A DNA stretch of 64,000 bases from the NCBI GenBank assembly GCA_043228905.1, contig JBHGNT010000001.1:5952001-6016000 (forward strand). Direction: 5' to 3'. Below are positions 1 through 12,400 of this stretch, piece by piece; positions within the stretch are counted from its first letter, which is position 1, and every line of letters begins with the position of its first letter. This DNA comes from Azolla caroliniana (taxonomy: Eukaryota > Plantae > Polypodiophyta). The position numbers and the translations under genes are program-made. The notes beneath the pieces were generated by a model. The model did not search any database, was not told the DNA's origin, and saw only the letters and a program-made list of their open reading frames with translations.

Positions 1-2942
1 TGCCTCGACTACGGCTACAACCACATGACACCACTGAACATATCCCAATTCTCCACTCCGTGTCTCCCACGCAGTTCTTATCTCACGGAAATGTAGTGTT
101 CTCACCCCCAGAAGCTTTATCATTCTCTAGATTTGTGGGTCTGATTGCGCCATCAAAATTCCCTTTTCTATAGCATCTCCCCCCCCCCCCCCCCCCTCCC
201 CACCTTTTTTGACAATCTTCACACTGTTCTATACTGCAGAAAGTAGGATTCGTCCAATTGTGTCACGCTTTTCTAAGGATTCGACGCATTGAAACTTCAA
301 AAAGTTCTATGTTGAAGGCATCCCTTCAGACTTTGACCCCATGACCTTAAGCTCAAGATTTTGCAACAACGCCGCCACGTCTATCTATGCGTTCGAAATT
401 TCAAATTTTAAATAAGAAAAGCCCAAAGAACATACATGCCATGATTTGTAGGGAGGTATAGAAACTCTCCTATAATCTATGAAGGGCATGCTTTCACATT
501 GTGCTTTAACATGTAATTTATGGTTTTTGTTAGCATCACAACAAGTGATTATATGTTGTTTTCTAAGGCCTAGTTTGAAAAGCCTTAAAATTAGGCAAAG
601 TGTTAATTGCGCCCAACATTAAGTGGTCATATTATATTTACATTATACATAGTAGCAATGCATCCAATTATGCTTTCCACGTGTTATCTTCTTTATTATT
701 TATTCCACTCTCCTACCACTTGAAAAAGCCTCGCCATTGGGTTTAACCCCTGACATGTTGGTCATGGTTTCATTAATGCATGCATTTTTTTAGAATGGAT
801 GTATTCCTCTAAAGATTCAACATTCTATATGTGGGCAACAATTGGTAACATGCATGGCAATATGCATATTATTTTTCAATGGGCACCATCAAGTGATCGA
901 GAATTTTGTACTTCGTTACAAAATGAATTGCTTTTTTCTTCTCAAATGTTGCATTGGTGTGGAAAAGAGAAGTTGAGATCACAATTCAATCGTTTATTTC
1001 GATTCAGGTTGTAGTTTTGGGAGATGTGGTTAATAATAAAACTCAATGGTTGTCAAACGATGGTCATGTATATCCCCCAGATTGTGGATTTATTTGGGAG
1101 AAATTACAAGATATATCGTTGTTACGTGGATCTTTGCCAATGAAAACAAATGTTGCACCTTCAAAAGACAATACACGCTTGTTACATGTCACCACAAATA
1201 TATTGCACCATCATGCAATGACATCGTTATCTTGGTTATCACCTAAAGGAAGAAAGGTGTGGAATGTATGTAAGTCGAATGCAAGGTGATGACAAATATT
1301 TCAACATTGTTGACATTCCCATTTGTGAGTCCCTACAAAGATATTCATATGGAGAGTCATGATTGGTGTGGCCCCATTTGGTCCAACCTTAGAGAGACGA
1401 TGACTAGGGTTAGGTACATGCTTCTATTACACAGTGCACCATTCCATTAGAGGAAAATATACATAGGATCATTAAATGTCCCATAGCACATGTCATTTGG
1501 AAGTACTTATCGGACATTTGGCAAGTTTTAACTTGTTCTTATTTGAGGCCTCAACAATGGGTTTTTTCTTAGTGTGTTCAAAATGGTTTAGATGATGAGC
1601 TGGTCGAGGAGATATTGTTCTAGTTTTTACAATATTGGGAACGACAATACAATTGGAATATGTGCAATGCTTTCGTGTTTGATGGTAGACATGGGTGAAA
1701 TCATATACAAAGAAGTTGAAAGCCATTCTTATTTGGATTTTTTGGATGTTAGAGCATGTGGAGATTATATTTCTCGAGTGCATATTCGAGTTTTATATTA
1801 GCTTTATAGCACGCCCCTCTCACTACGTAGTTTAGGTAAGTAGAGGTAACTAATAAGTTGTAACAAGTGGATTTTGCATACAAATTATATAATTGTGTGG
1901 TTTTATTAGAGAGAAAAGAAAGAAAGAAATATTAACGTCTTCTTAAGGCCAAAATTGCTTAGATTTTCGATTTTCTCAACAACATATTAGTGTTGTGAAG
2001 AGTTTTTACAGTCGACAAAACATCAGAGTTGTTGCTTTATTTTTTTCAATCCATCATTGTGTTGTTTAACACCCCACCACAAAATGCTTATGTACTTGAA
2101 TTTGAGGTTTTCTACTTCAACATCTAAAAGTTGTGCCTCCTACTATATGGCAATACTTTCACATTGCGATCGTATTGTTCATCTCGAATAAAACTTACAT
2201 GTGCAACATTGTGGACAATCCTTTTTGTGCACGCTCATGATTTCATTCAACCAAGGAAATGTTCACGTACATGTTGTTTGGTGCTAATTATGGTTGATTG
2301 TGTGTGAACGTGCATGTCATGCAACGATTACTTGTAAAAACACCCCATGAAGCCATATGCTTCCGAGTTAAAACGAGAACATACATGCTTCGGTAAACGC
2401 GTTTACACATTGACGTTATCGGGTTTGAACCCAGTTGCTCTAAGTTATCGGGTTTGAACCGAGTTTGCAGGTTTTCCCCCGAAATGGGAGGCATTGCTAT
2501 GGATAAGTACCAAAACAAAAACAGTGAGAAAAGGGGAAATCTAACAATACACATGCTATGCGGGCATGGGATTGAATGAACGAGGAGAGCACCACGCACA
2601 TTTATTCATATGCGAAAAGAGAGTTGCTAAGCAAGAGAAGTAATCTTGTATTTGCGCGCGCACACATACACACACACACACACACACACGTGTGGAGCCC
2701 CTCCCCATTGCATGCACCCAACCTCTTCTTCCCCTAGTGCAGAGAACACACACACACATGTACATACATACACATATGAAGGTAAAACAAATTGAGATAT
2801 GAGTATAGTATGTATGTATGTATGTATGTATGTACATGAATGAAGCATTCACTATTAACATAGAAGATGGATTTTTTTAACAACATCGTTAGTATCGATG
2901 ATTTAAGCGTGTATTGGGCGGCGGCTGAGGAGGTTTCGAACC

Positions 2943-3382
2943 ATGGACCACCTTCATCACCACCCACCTCTGATGCTGCTGCTGCGTCTTCTTCCTCCTC
3001 CTCCTCCTCCTCCTCCTCCTCTCCTCCTCTCCTCTTCCTCCTCTAGCCTCCATACCCGGGCTGTCCTCATCGCTTCCATTTTCGTACTCCTTACCCTCTG
3101 CCTCTCCTTCTCCCTCATCTTTGCTCACCTCACCAGCTACACCAATCCACAGGTATGTAATGTATTCCATGCATGTTTTTAAATATGCTTTCAACCACCG
3201 TACTTTACCCATATTGTATGTATTACCGTATATGTCTATATACGACGAGAGAGAGAGAGAGAGAGAGCCTCTCCCTACATAGGCATATATATATATATAT
3301 ATGATAGGTAGAGGAGACTAAGAAGATGTTGTAACTAAGTAGATTTTACATACAATTAATAATATATTAATTGTGTTCTTTT

Positions 3383-3434
<52 letters not shown>

Positions 3435-6400
3435 AGCCAGCCGGCTTAACCTCTCTTATGAGGCCCCAAGATGGCCTATGCGACTGAACTTCAGATCACA
3501 TGTTACAAAATTAAATATAGCTGAATTAGTAAAGCTGCCTAAGACGCAAGATAAATCTTGTTTAGCTAAAGTAAGCACCTTTTTAACATTCCCACAATCC
3601 ATCCTTACTATTCTATAGATGGTTCTGCTTGGATTGACTTCAGAAACCCAATACTTCGGTTATGCTTTGGCTGATATAATGTGTGTTTCTATGAGGGTCA
3701 TGGTGATTGGCTTGTTTGGAGTGTTAATAGTTTACCATCACAGCAAGCATAGCGTGTTATTAATCTTCTTTTCCCATCTATTTCGCTTAATGTAACCTAT
3801 ATGAATACCTTTGCTTTGGGTGAGGGAGAGATAAGATTGTGAGGCCAGAAGGCCATGCATTGAAACCCTCCATTTTGTCATGGCATTTTAATTAGGTAGT
3901 CCCGAAACAGAGGCCATTGTATTGGGCTACATAACCCTCGATATTGTATTTTTCATATACTTAAATGTATGTGTAGACGTACATACATTATGTACAGTGC
4001 ATTCTCTCCTATTAATATTTATGGGCATGTAGTTCTCAATAACATTATAAGAAAGAAGTTCTCATGGGCTATATATGATGCAACTATTCATCTGCACACT
4101 GCAAAGTAACCATTAGCTTCAACAATGAAAGACTCAGGATGTTGAAGATCTTAGATGAAAATGTACTAAAAAAGCTGTGATTTGCAGGAGCAAAAATGGC
4201 TTCTTGGAGTGGTCTTTATGGTTCCTATCTATAGTGTGGAATCGGTAAGGAATGCAATTACATGATTTCTTATTCAAAATTAGTACAAACATGCACAAAC
4301 ATTATTGTGAAAGGTAATCATTAGAGTACAGAATCATTTTCAGCATTTATGCCATCAACTGAAATTTTATTCGAGCATGATATACTTAATCTTGAATGAA
4401 AATAGTTAGACAATGCTATGCCTCCTCCATAGCCATGTAAATGACGTTGCATAGCGTAGATGATGGTGTAAGGCGAGGGGACCATGTGATTAGAAAAGAC
4501 TTCATATAGAGATTTGGCTGACTATTCTTGTGCAATAATTGATACATTTTTCTTGAGCTATTTTAATTCATGTGTCTATATTTTTATCCGAGAAATTACA
4601 TCTTAAAATGTTGTCTCATCTTTGAGAACAAACCAAAATTAATATAACTAAATTAGTAGAATCAATATAATTAAATCAATATAACCAGAGAATCTCTTTA
4701 CCTAAGCACTTAGCATTCTGAGGTTAGATTAGGTGAAACTTTTGCCTTCCCAATATCTCCTGACATTAGCATGGGATAGAAAGAGCGAAAATGGCAAGAG
4801 ATCACATCTGAAAATGCTATCTTGTTTATGAGAACAACCCAAAATAGATACGAGTAATTTAGTAGAACTACGCTACTCTGTTTCGCTATGCCGAGACATT
4901 ATCATTGAGATTAGAGCAGACAGAAACTAAATTAGTAAAACTGCGTAAGGTATTAGATAATCTCATTAACTAAGCAGTATAGAGATTAGAGCAGAAAGAA
5001 AAAGGTAAGAAGTTAAACTTCTTCCAAGAAGCTAAAGTAGCCAATCAAAATGAACAACAAGAGACGACATGTTTTGAACCATTGATGTGCTCAAAGGTGT
5101 GGGGTAGGTGTATGCTAAGGCTTATCCTTCCAACCACAGGACATGCCTTTATATAGTTGCTCCCATACGTATGGGTTACTATGCATGTCCCACCGTCTTG
5201 CCCAACGACATTATGATTGTACGTCCAAATGCACACCTAGGGAAATCTTAACAATGGTTCCATCCTGCAGGAAATCGAAAAAGAGGGTCTTATAGTGAGC
5301 CATCCTTCTATCAATGTCCAATTTAAATGAGATCTGTTTGAGAATTCTTTTCCACTTTGGTCATGTGGACAATCCAGTCTGTATTATGATAGGGCACTAG
5401 GACATTAAGTGCCAATATTGAATGCCATTGCTTTTAAAGCTCCCAAATTTGTGTAATACAAATCACTAATCCAAATAGTTTTGCTATCATTTTTGGGTAT
5501 GCTTCTACCTCAATGTGAATTATACTGTGCAGCGCCAATGCTTTTCTCCTTATCATTTTGGCTATTATTGAGGCCAAAGGTTTCTCTAAATATCTTCAGT
5601 TTTGCTCCCTATATATGCTCAGTCCCCAAGTTTCTAGTGCATAGAGAAGGGTTGACATTACAAGTGTATTAGACAAACAAAATTTTGTACATGTTGCTTG
5701 AAACTGTATATGGGCATCATTCAAGGGTATGAAGGGCTGCATATCCATGAGAGTCAAGCATGTGTGGCATCTCGGAGGAGGAATTCAGGTAATGTGAATT
5801 CCATTCCTAGGTTATGTGCTTATGTAAACTGCCTTTTCTCTCCCAACAAGAATTATGGTTAAGTGATTGTGAGATACACACGAGTGAAGGGACAAGTCAG
5901 TAAGAAATTGCAGCAAATCTGTTAGCTCATGCTCTCCAGAAGTTTGCATGTAGTTTCCAACAATGTAAATGGGCCCACATTCTGCAATTCAAGCATATAC
6001 ATGGTCCATTTATGTATGGACGAGTGTATTGAAGACACCAGTAACCATGTCAAATGTTTCGTCTACAGTTTTAATATTAATCATGAAGTTCTTACTAACT
6101 TTTTGATTGCTTTGTTTATCGGGTTATATGTATGGACGAGTGGCTTGAAGACACCAGTAACCATGTCAAATGTTTCATCTGCAGTTTTAATTTTTATCAT
6201 GAAGTTCTTACTAACTTTTTGATTGCTTTGTTTTTTGGGTTATGTCTGTAGTTTGCTTCTTTGTGGAATTCAAATATCTCAATAGAATGTGATATCCTGA
6301 GAAATTGTTATGAAGCATTTGCACTCTACTCATTTGGAAACTACCTGATCGCATGCTTGGGTAAGATCAAATGCTCAATATATTTCTTTAACACATGGGT

Positions 6401-9400
6401 GTCTACTTCATCTGATGATTAGAAAAACCTTGCAAGGAACTAGAAATTTAGGATTTTAGAGTATAGAATATTTTGAGCTATTATGAATTGAATTACCTCA
6501 TCTTCTTTTCAATGAATTAGAATCACTAGTTTTTTTGCCATTATAATCAAAAGGTGCACTCGAAAATATGTAGTGAGACTTAAAAACATGAGTGCTATGT
6601 ATATATACATGTAATGAGATTTAAACACACACACGCTATGTATATATACATATGTCATTATCCCATGTATAACCATTATGCTAATAAACACCAAATTACA
6701 ATTGCGAGACTGGTTTTCTTCTCTAAAATAATGATACACATGATTTACATGTAGATTTTAGCAGGCAATCAAATACAAAATTAATAGAGAAACTTTTGAA
6801 CCAAAAGTTATGGTAGTTTCTAATATATGGTTCTTATGGTCGCATGCTTAGGTAAGATGTCACGTTAAAATTTGATTCTAATGCATGCATGTCTACATAT
6901 AATTTCTGATGATAGATTTACAAATCAAAAGTGACTCACAAGAAAATGTAATGATAGATTTACAAATGAGGGCTATGCATATGTACATATGTGACTTCCC
7001 CATGTATAACCATTATGCTGATAAATACCAAATTACAACTGAGACTGAATTCTGCTCTAAAATATTGATTTACGTGTAGATTTTAGCAAAAACTCTTATT
7101 GCAAAATCAATAGAAATGAACTTTTGAACCAGAAGTTATGGTATTTCCTAATGTTTATCTCCTAGAGTATGAATGCAGGAGGCGAGGAAAACATCTTGGA
7201 TTCCTTTCAAAAGAAAGCACTAGCTACTTCTATTAATACATGTAACAAAGGTGAAGAAACTGATACAGCTGTGCACCATCCCTTTCCTTTGAAGCTCCTC
7301 GTGGACCCATGGACCTATGGTGAAGATATTTATAGAACAATCAAATTTGGGATTGTCCAATATGTAAGGTCCAATATATATCCAATATATATCATCGAAG
7401 GATGATTCATTAATATGGTATTTTGTTCTGGATGAAAAAAGTAGATCCAAATAAGGGGATAGATATTAATGTGCTGGTTGCTTTTCCATTGGTGACCATT
7501 TTGAGTCTATTGTTGACATTTCAAGAATAATGATAAGCAGATTGGGACATCTAGGTGCATGGGGCAGGTATTATGTTAAAATCATGAGGACATAATTGTG
7601 GTGATATGTGAAGTTTTATGTCTTGTGTGAATATTGAAATTGTTTTTTTCCCCCATTAAACTGCAACATATTATCCAATGGTCTTAATTTGAACAAATCT
7701 AATGTGCAGATGATTTTAAAAACAGTGTGTGCCCTTGTAGCACTGCTGCTGGAACTTTTTAACAGCTATGGAGATGGAGAATTTGACTGGAGTAATGGGT
7801 ATGCTCCATCTTTACACATCATTCTTGATAGCATGTTTGTTCTAAAAGACGTTACAGTGGAAACTTATATTGGAGATACAAACATGTTTCTGGTATAAGT
7901 GCATGTTTAAGATCTTTTATATCATGTTTCTACGGCAGATGCATTTCTTATAACTCTGTGGGTGCATATGGGTATGGGGAACCATCAGTGAGTTAATATC
8001 TTTTGCACCATTCCCTCTTAATTTGGCTATGCTATTGCCTGTTCAAAGTTTAAGCATATATTTGATTCATGGGAAGTCATGTATTATTAACTTACAATTC
8101 CATCTGCATATCAATCATAACAAAATATGGAAAAGCTCGAACAATCAAAGAACTAAGGCAGTTCATTCGTATTCATGTAATCTTATCAATCATAAGATAA
8201 GTTGGGTGATAAAATATACAGAAAATTAGAAGTTGAGCACAACTATACTATGGTTCACCTCATTGATCACAAAGATCCTATCAGGAGGAAACTAACTTTA
8301 ACTCTCAGTGAACTTACAATTCTTTAGAACAAAACAAATTCCTCGAATGATTGTCAATTAACAAATATGCCATATCCATATTGGAGTCTAATCCTTAGTT
8401 GTATTTAATTGGTTAAAAACTATCAAAGTTCCAATTGAGACCAGTCATATGTCAAGGATTTCTAAATTACGGGGTCTTATTGAGTTTACAAAGCTGAGGA
8501 CTGGTAGGAATAGAAATTGAGAGTTCATCAAGATTTCTTGTATGCATGTCATATCTACATCTGTCACCAAGGATCTTGTTTTTTTCTTCTTGTATGGTAT
8601 TATTTAATGGTATTTTATTGGATTATATATGATCCTGACATATGGTAAGAAGACATTGCATGACTAGTGAAATATCTAAGGGCCAAAGATCTCTAAACCA
8701 AGTAGCGAAAGTGGGCAGGTCCTTAGATCAACAGTGGTCTGTCCGATTAGCATTGTTCCGAGGCATGTGATGTGTGCATCTGATCATAAATCCTAATAAA
8801 ATCACTGGGCTAAGATATTGGGTTTTTGAAGAAGTAACAAAGAATAGCACACGTGCCACATAAGGATCACCTGAGTATGGGTGTCAATTACCACAACTGC
8901 ACACGAGTTAACTCATTAAAAATTGGCTAAAATATTTTAGAGCACAGCCTAAATATGAGAATGATTGGGCCTAAAGAAAGAAAGATATGTTAACGTCTTT
9001 TAAGAGGCCAAAATGGCCTATAAGACCAAACAAGAGATTACATCTTTAAGTGTTGTCTCATCTTTGAGAACAACAAATCAAAATGGAATAAGTAGTACTC
9101 AGTAAATAGGATAAAAACAGATGGGGGAATTTGGTTTTCGGCACATGTGAGATTCTCAAGTTACACATATTGTAACTTTTGTCTTCGAAAGATCTCTAGC
9201 ATAGGTTGATCCACATAGGAGAGGTCTCCGAAGCGAGGGAAGCACCTACGATGGTGGGAGATGATGGCCTTTATCTGTCGATGACAAGGGGCTGCGGTCG
9301 TGGTCCAGGGGGCCGGGGCCTACATGCACGACAAATTGCTATTGCCCGATCTATTGTAACCCCTTTGTTCTGTCTTGGTCAGGAACCTATTTGTGTATCC

Positions 9401-12400
9401 CTTGATTGACTCGTAGCATTAGTAGGAGTGATGGGGCTAAAGAAAGTTGTGATTGAGCTTTGTGGATGAGCTTGTGTGGCTGTATTATTGTCCTTCAACA
9501 ACTTTTCCAGGCACCGTTGGTCCTCATATTCCATTACCTTGCGTAGCGGCCCAAAGCCTTGTTTAAAGAGGCAATGGTATCTCCCTTTGATTTCATAAAA
9601 GACACTATAGTGACAAACATAGTGTTCTTCGGATTCCACTCCTTCTAGAGGTATTTGTGTATATCTTCCTACCTCAATCTCTAGCTGATGTGATGAAGTT
9701 CACAACTGCCTTATCACACTGTGCAGTGCATAATATAGATGCATGTCCATATAAGGTGGTCTGATGATGAATCCATCCGCTGATGCGTGTAAGAAGTATG
9801 TCTTGTAGTGGGCCATCTTTTAGTGGCCTAAAGAAACTTGTGACTGATGAGCTTGTGTGGCTGTATTGTTGTCCTTCAACTTCTCCTGTTTCTTTTGAAG
9901 CGCTTGCAAGCAAAACCCTATGTTGGTCCTCATATTGCATAGCACACAAACGCCTTGCTTAAAGAAGAAATGATCTCCATCGTTTTTGATATAAAACAGA
10001 ACAATGACATAATATTCTTCAGATTCCACTCCTTGATGACACAATTGGCAAATTCTTTCTTATAGAGGTATTCGTGCATATCTGCCTACCTCAATCACTA
10101 ACTGATGTGAAGAAATTCAGAGCTCCCCATTGCACTATGCAGTGCATGGGGTAAATGTATGTCCATATAAGAGACATTGTGGGGCTGATACATGTTATTT
10201 TGTTTTCCAAGTTATGGAATGCCACTTAGCCGGAGATGTAGATTCCTGAAAAAGCGATTGAAACGATTAGAGGCCCTTAGATTCCCAGGTATTTATTGAA
10301 TAAGGAATGCATGTGTTATAAAGATCAGTATTAGTAGAAGTGCATGAGTTTAATGGGTTGTCCAAATTCGCGGTTTAACACAGTTGGAGTGAAACAAGGA
10401 TGCACATTATCATTATTATCAACTCTCACACATCCAAGGAAAATCTATTATTGCTTTGTGGATTCTGGAAAGCCTTCAACATGTACACAATGCTCAGCTC
10501 ATGTGATCACTAGAAGCCCTTGGAGTCTTAGTAGTTTCACATGGGGAATCTATGCACTATATGAATCATCATCTGGGTGTACCCTCCTATTGTGTTCTGG
10601 AGGTTGTTGCTAGCATAATTACAGTAAAGAAAGGATCCCTGCTATCACTCAGTCTCTTGGTTTTTGTATAGATGAGATATCTAATTATAGAGAGAGATTG
10701 GGTGGATCAAAGGCATGCTTAGAAGGGGTAGCCATACTGATATTACCATATACGGATGACATTGTGTTGACCTCTAACTCTGGATTCTGTTGTGTTGTCG
10801 TATCTTGTATGAAACGCTGGAAAGTCTTCTAAGAGGTGATTCTTCATGTTGCTTCAGTGGCGCCTTGGGATCCGAGAGGGATGGCTACTATGTTAGTTTG
10901 GGGTTGGGTGAGCGGTTGGAGGTGTAGGGTTGGAGCCAAGGGGGCCTTCCCCCTCCCACCCCCAAGCTTAGCCTAAAAACATTGTGCACCCACCCCCACA
11001 CAAGTGCAATTTCTATAGAATCAATATTCAAAAGAATGCACGCACTTACTGTTTGTAAATGTTTCAGATTTTGATGGAAATATCACCTCCTATACTGCTT
11101 GTTCCATTACAATAATTGCTGACATACTTAAATATGGAAATTACATTACATCTACTGAGCAACTTCTATGTACATCACAATCATTCTCAACTCCAGGTAT
11201 CCATACATCACGATCATTCTCAACTTCAGTCAAATGTGGGCATTATATTGCTTGGTGCAGTTTTATAAGATAACACACGAGGATCTCAAGCATATCAGAC
11301 CTTTAGCCAAGTTTTTATGTTTCAAAGCCATAGTTTTTGCAACATGGTGGCAAGGTGTAATTATTGCAGCACTGCGTGCAGTCAATGTCATCCCACGTTC
11401 TATATCGGGAATTCCCAAGCCTCAAGCAAGCTTGCAAGATTTCATTATTTGCATAGAGGTTTGTTTATGGTTTTACATATTTGCAAAATCTGTTTATAAT
11501 ACGATTGCTCATCTATGACGGCCTTTTTTCTGTAGATGGCAATGGCAGCACTGGCACATAGATATGTGTTTCCTGCAAGCCCATATTTTCGCTCTCCAAA
11601 TTATGTTAGCCGAAGGAAACTGGAAATAAGCTCTACGTCTGATTTGAATGAGTCGTTGTTAGAGATTGACGAAGTACAAGAATGTAGAAAGGATTCTTCC
11701 AAAAGATTTGTCGAGGCTGATGTTAAGGTGTCTAGTACTAGTTTGAAGGACAGTGTTCAAGATGTTGTACTTGGAGGTGGAGAAACTGTACGCATTCTAT
11801 TGCTTCATAAAAATGAGTTGATTATGTCATTTCTAATAGCTTTATTTTTTTTGTTTCCTTTTCTAAAATGGTGCATCTGTGATTCAGCCTCTTATTAGCA
11901 TATCTGGTAAATGTGTCTGTCAAAGTCACATGTACATAATGGCTCTTGCCTATCCAAACCTGATGCAAAGAGGTCATAGTCTGGTTTCTCACACTAAATT
12001 AGTTATAGTTGTGACCTCGCACAAGAGGGTTCAATTATATATAGATCGTTGAGGGGATATATTTACAAATAAGAAACTAATAGCAGGTCATTTTGTGTCA
12101 AGTACTTCCTCAAACTTTCTATGGACATTGTATTAAGTGTCCCAGGCTCATGAAGAGAATTTTGGTTCTAGGAATGTGACGTGTTATATAAATCCACATA
12201 GGGTAGTGTGTAATCCACATGCTCCCCTTGAAACAAGACTTGATTATCTAGTAAAATGCCCACGTTCAACTAAAACCTTGGAGGGGAAACAAACCACTCC
12301 ACCATTTTCCCCTTGTAATTTTTGTAGAAGCTTCACCAGAAATCCAAAACCAACTCAAGAGGTCAATATTCACTGATGCGTCTCTTATAGTGGCTAACAG

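Noticed and set aside
178-200. Poly-C tract (also about 25953-25970) as a G-quadruplex element
   Set aside because: Simple homopolymers of uncertain assembled length with no supporting context.
799-1800. Short ORFs as host genes
   Set aside because: No coherent exon structure and only faint copia RNase H-like residue (FIWEKLQD), too decayed to annotate.
5040-5253. Possible solo LTR in intron 2
   Set aside because: A TATA-like box and one TGTTAAG terminus are visible on -, but no matching second terminus or TSD could be fixed.
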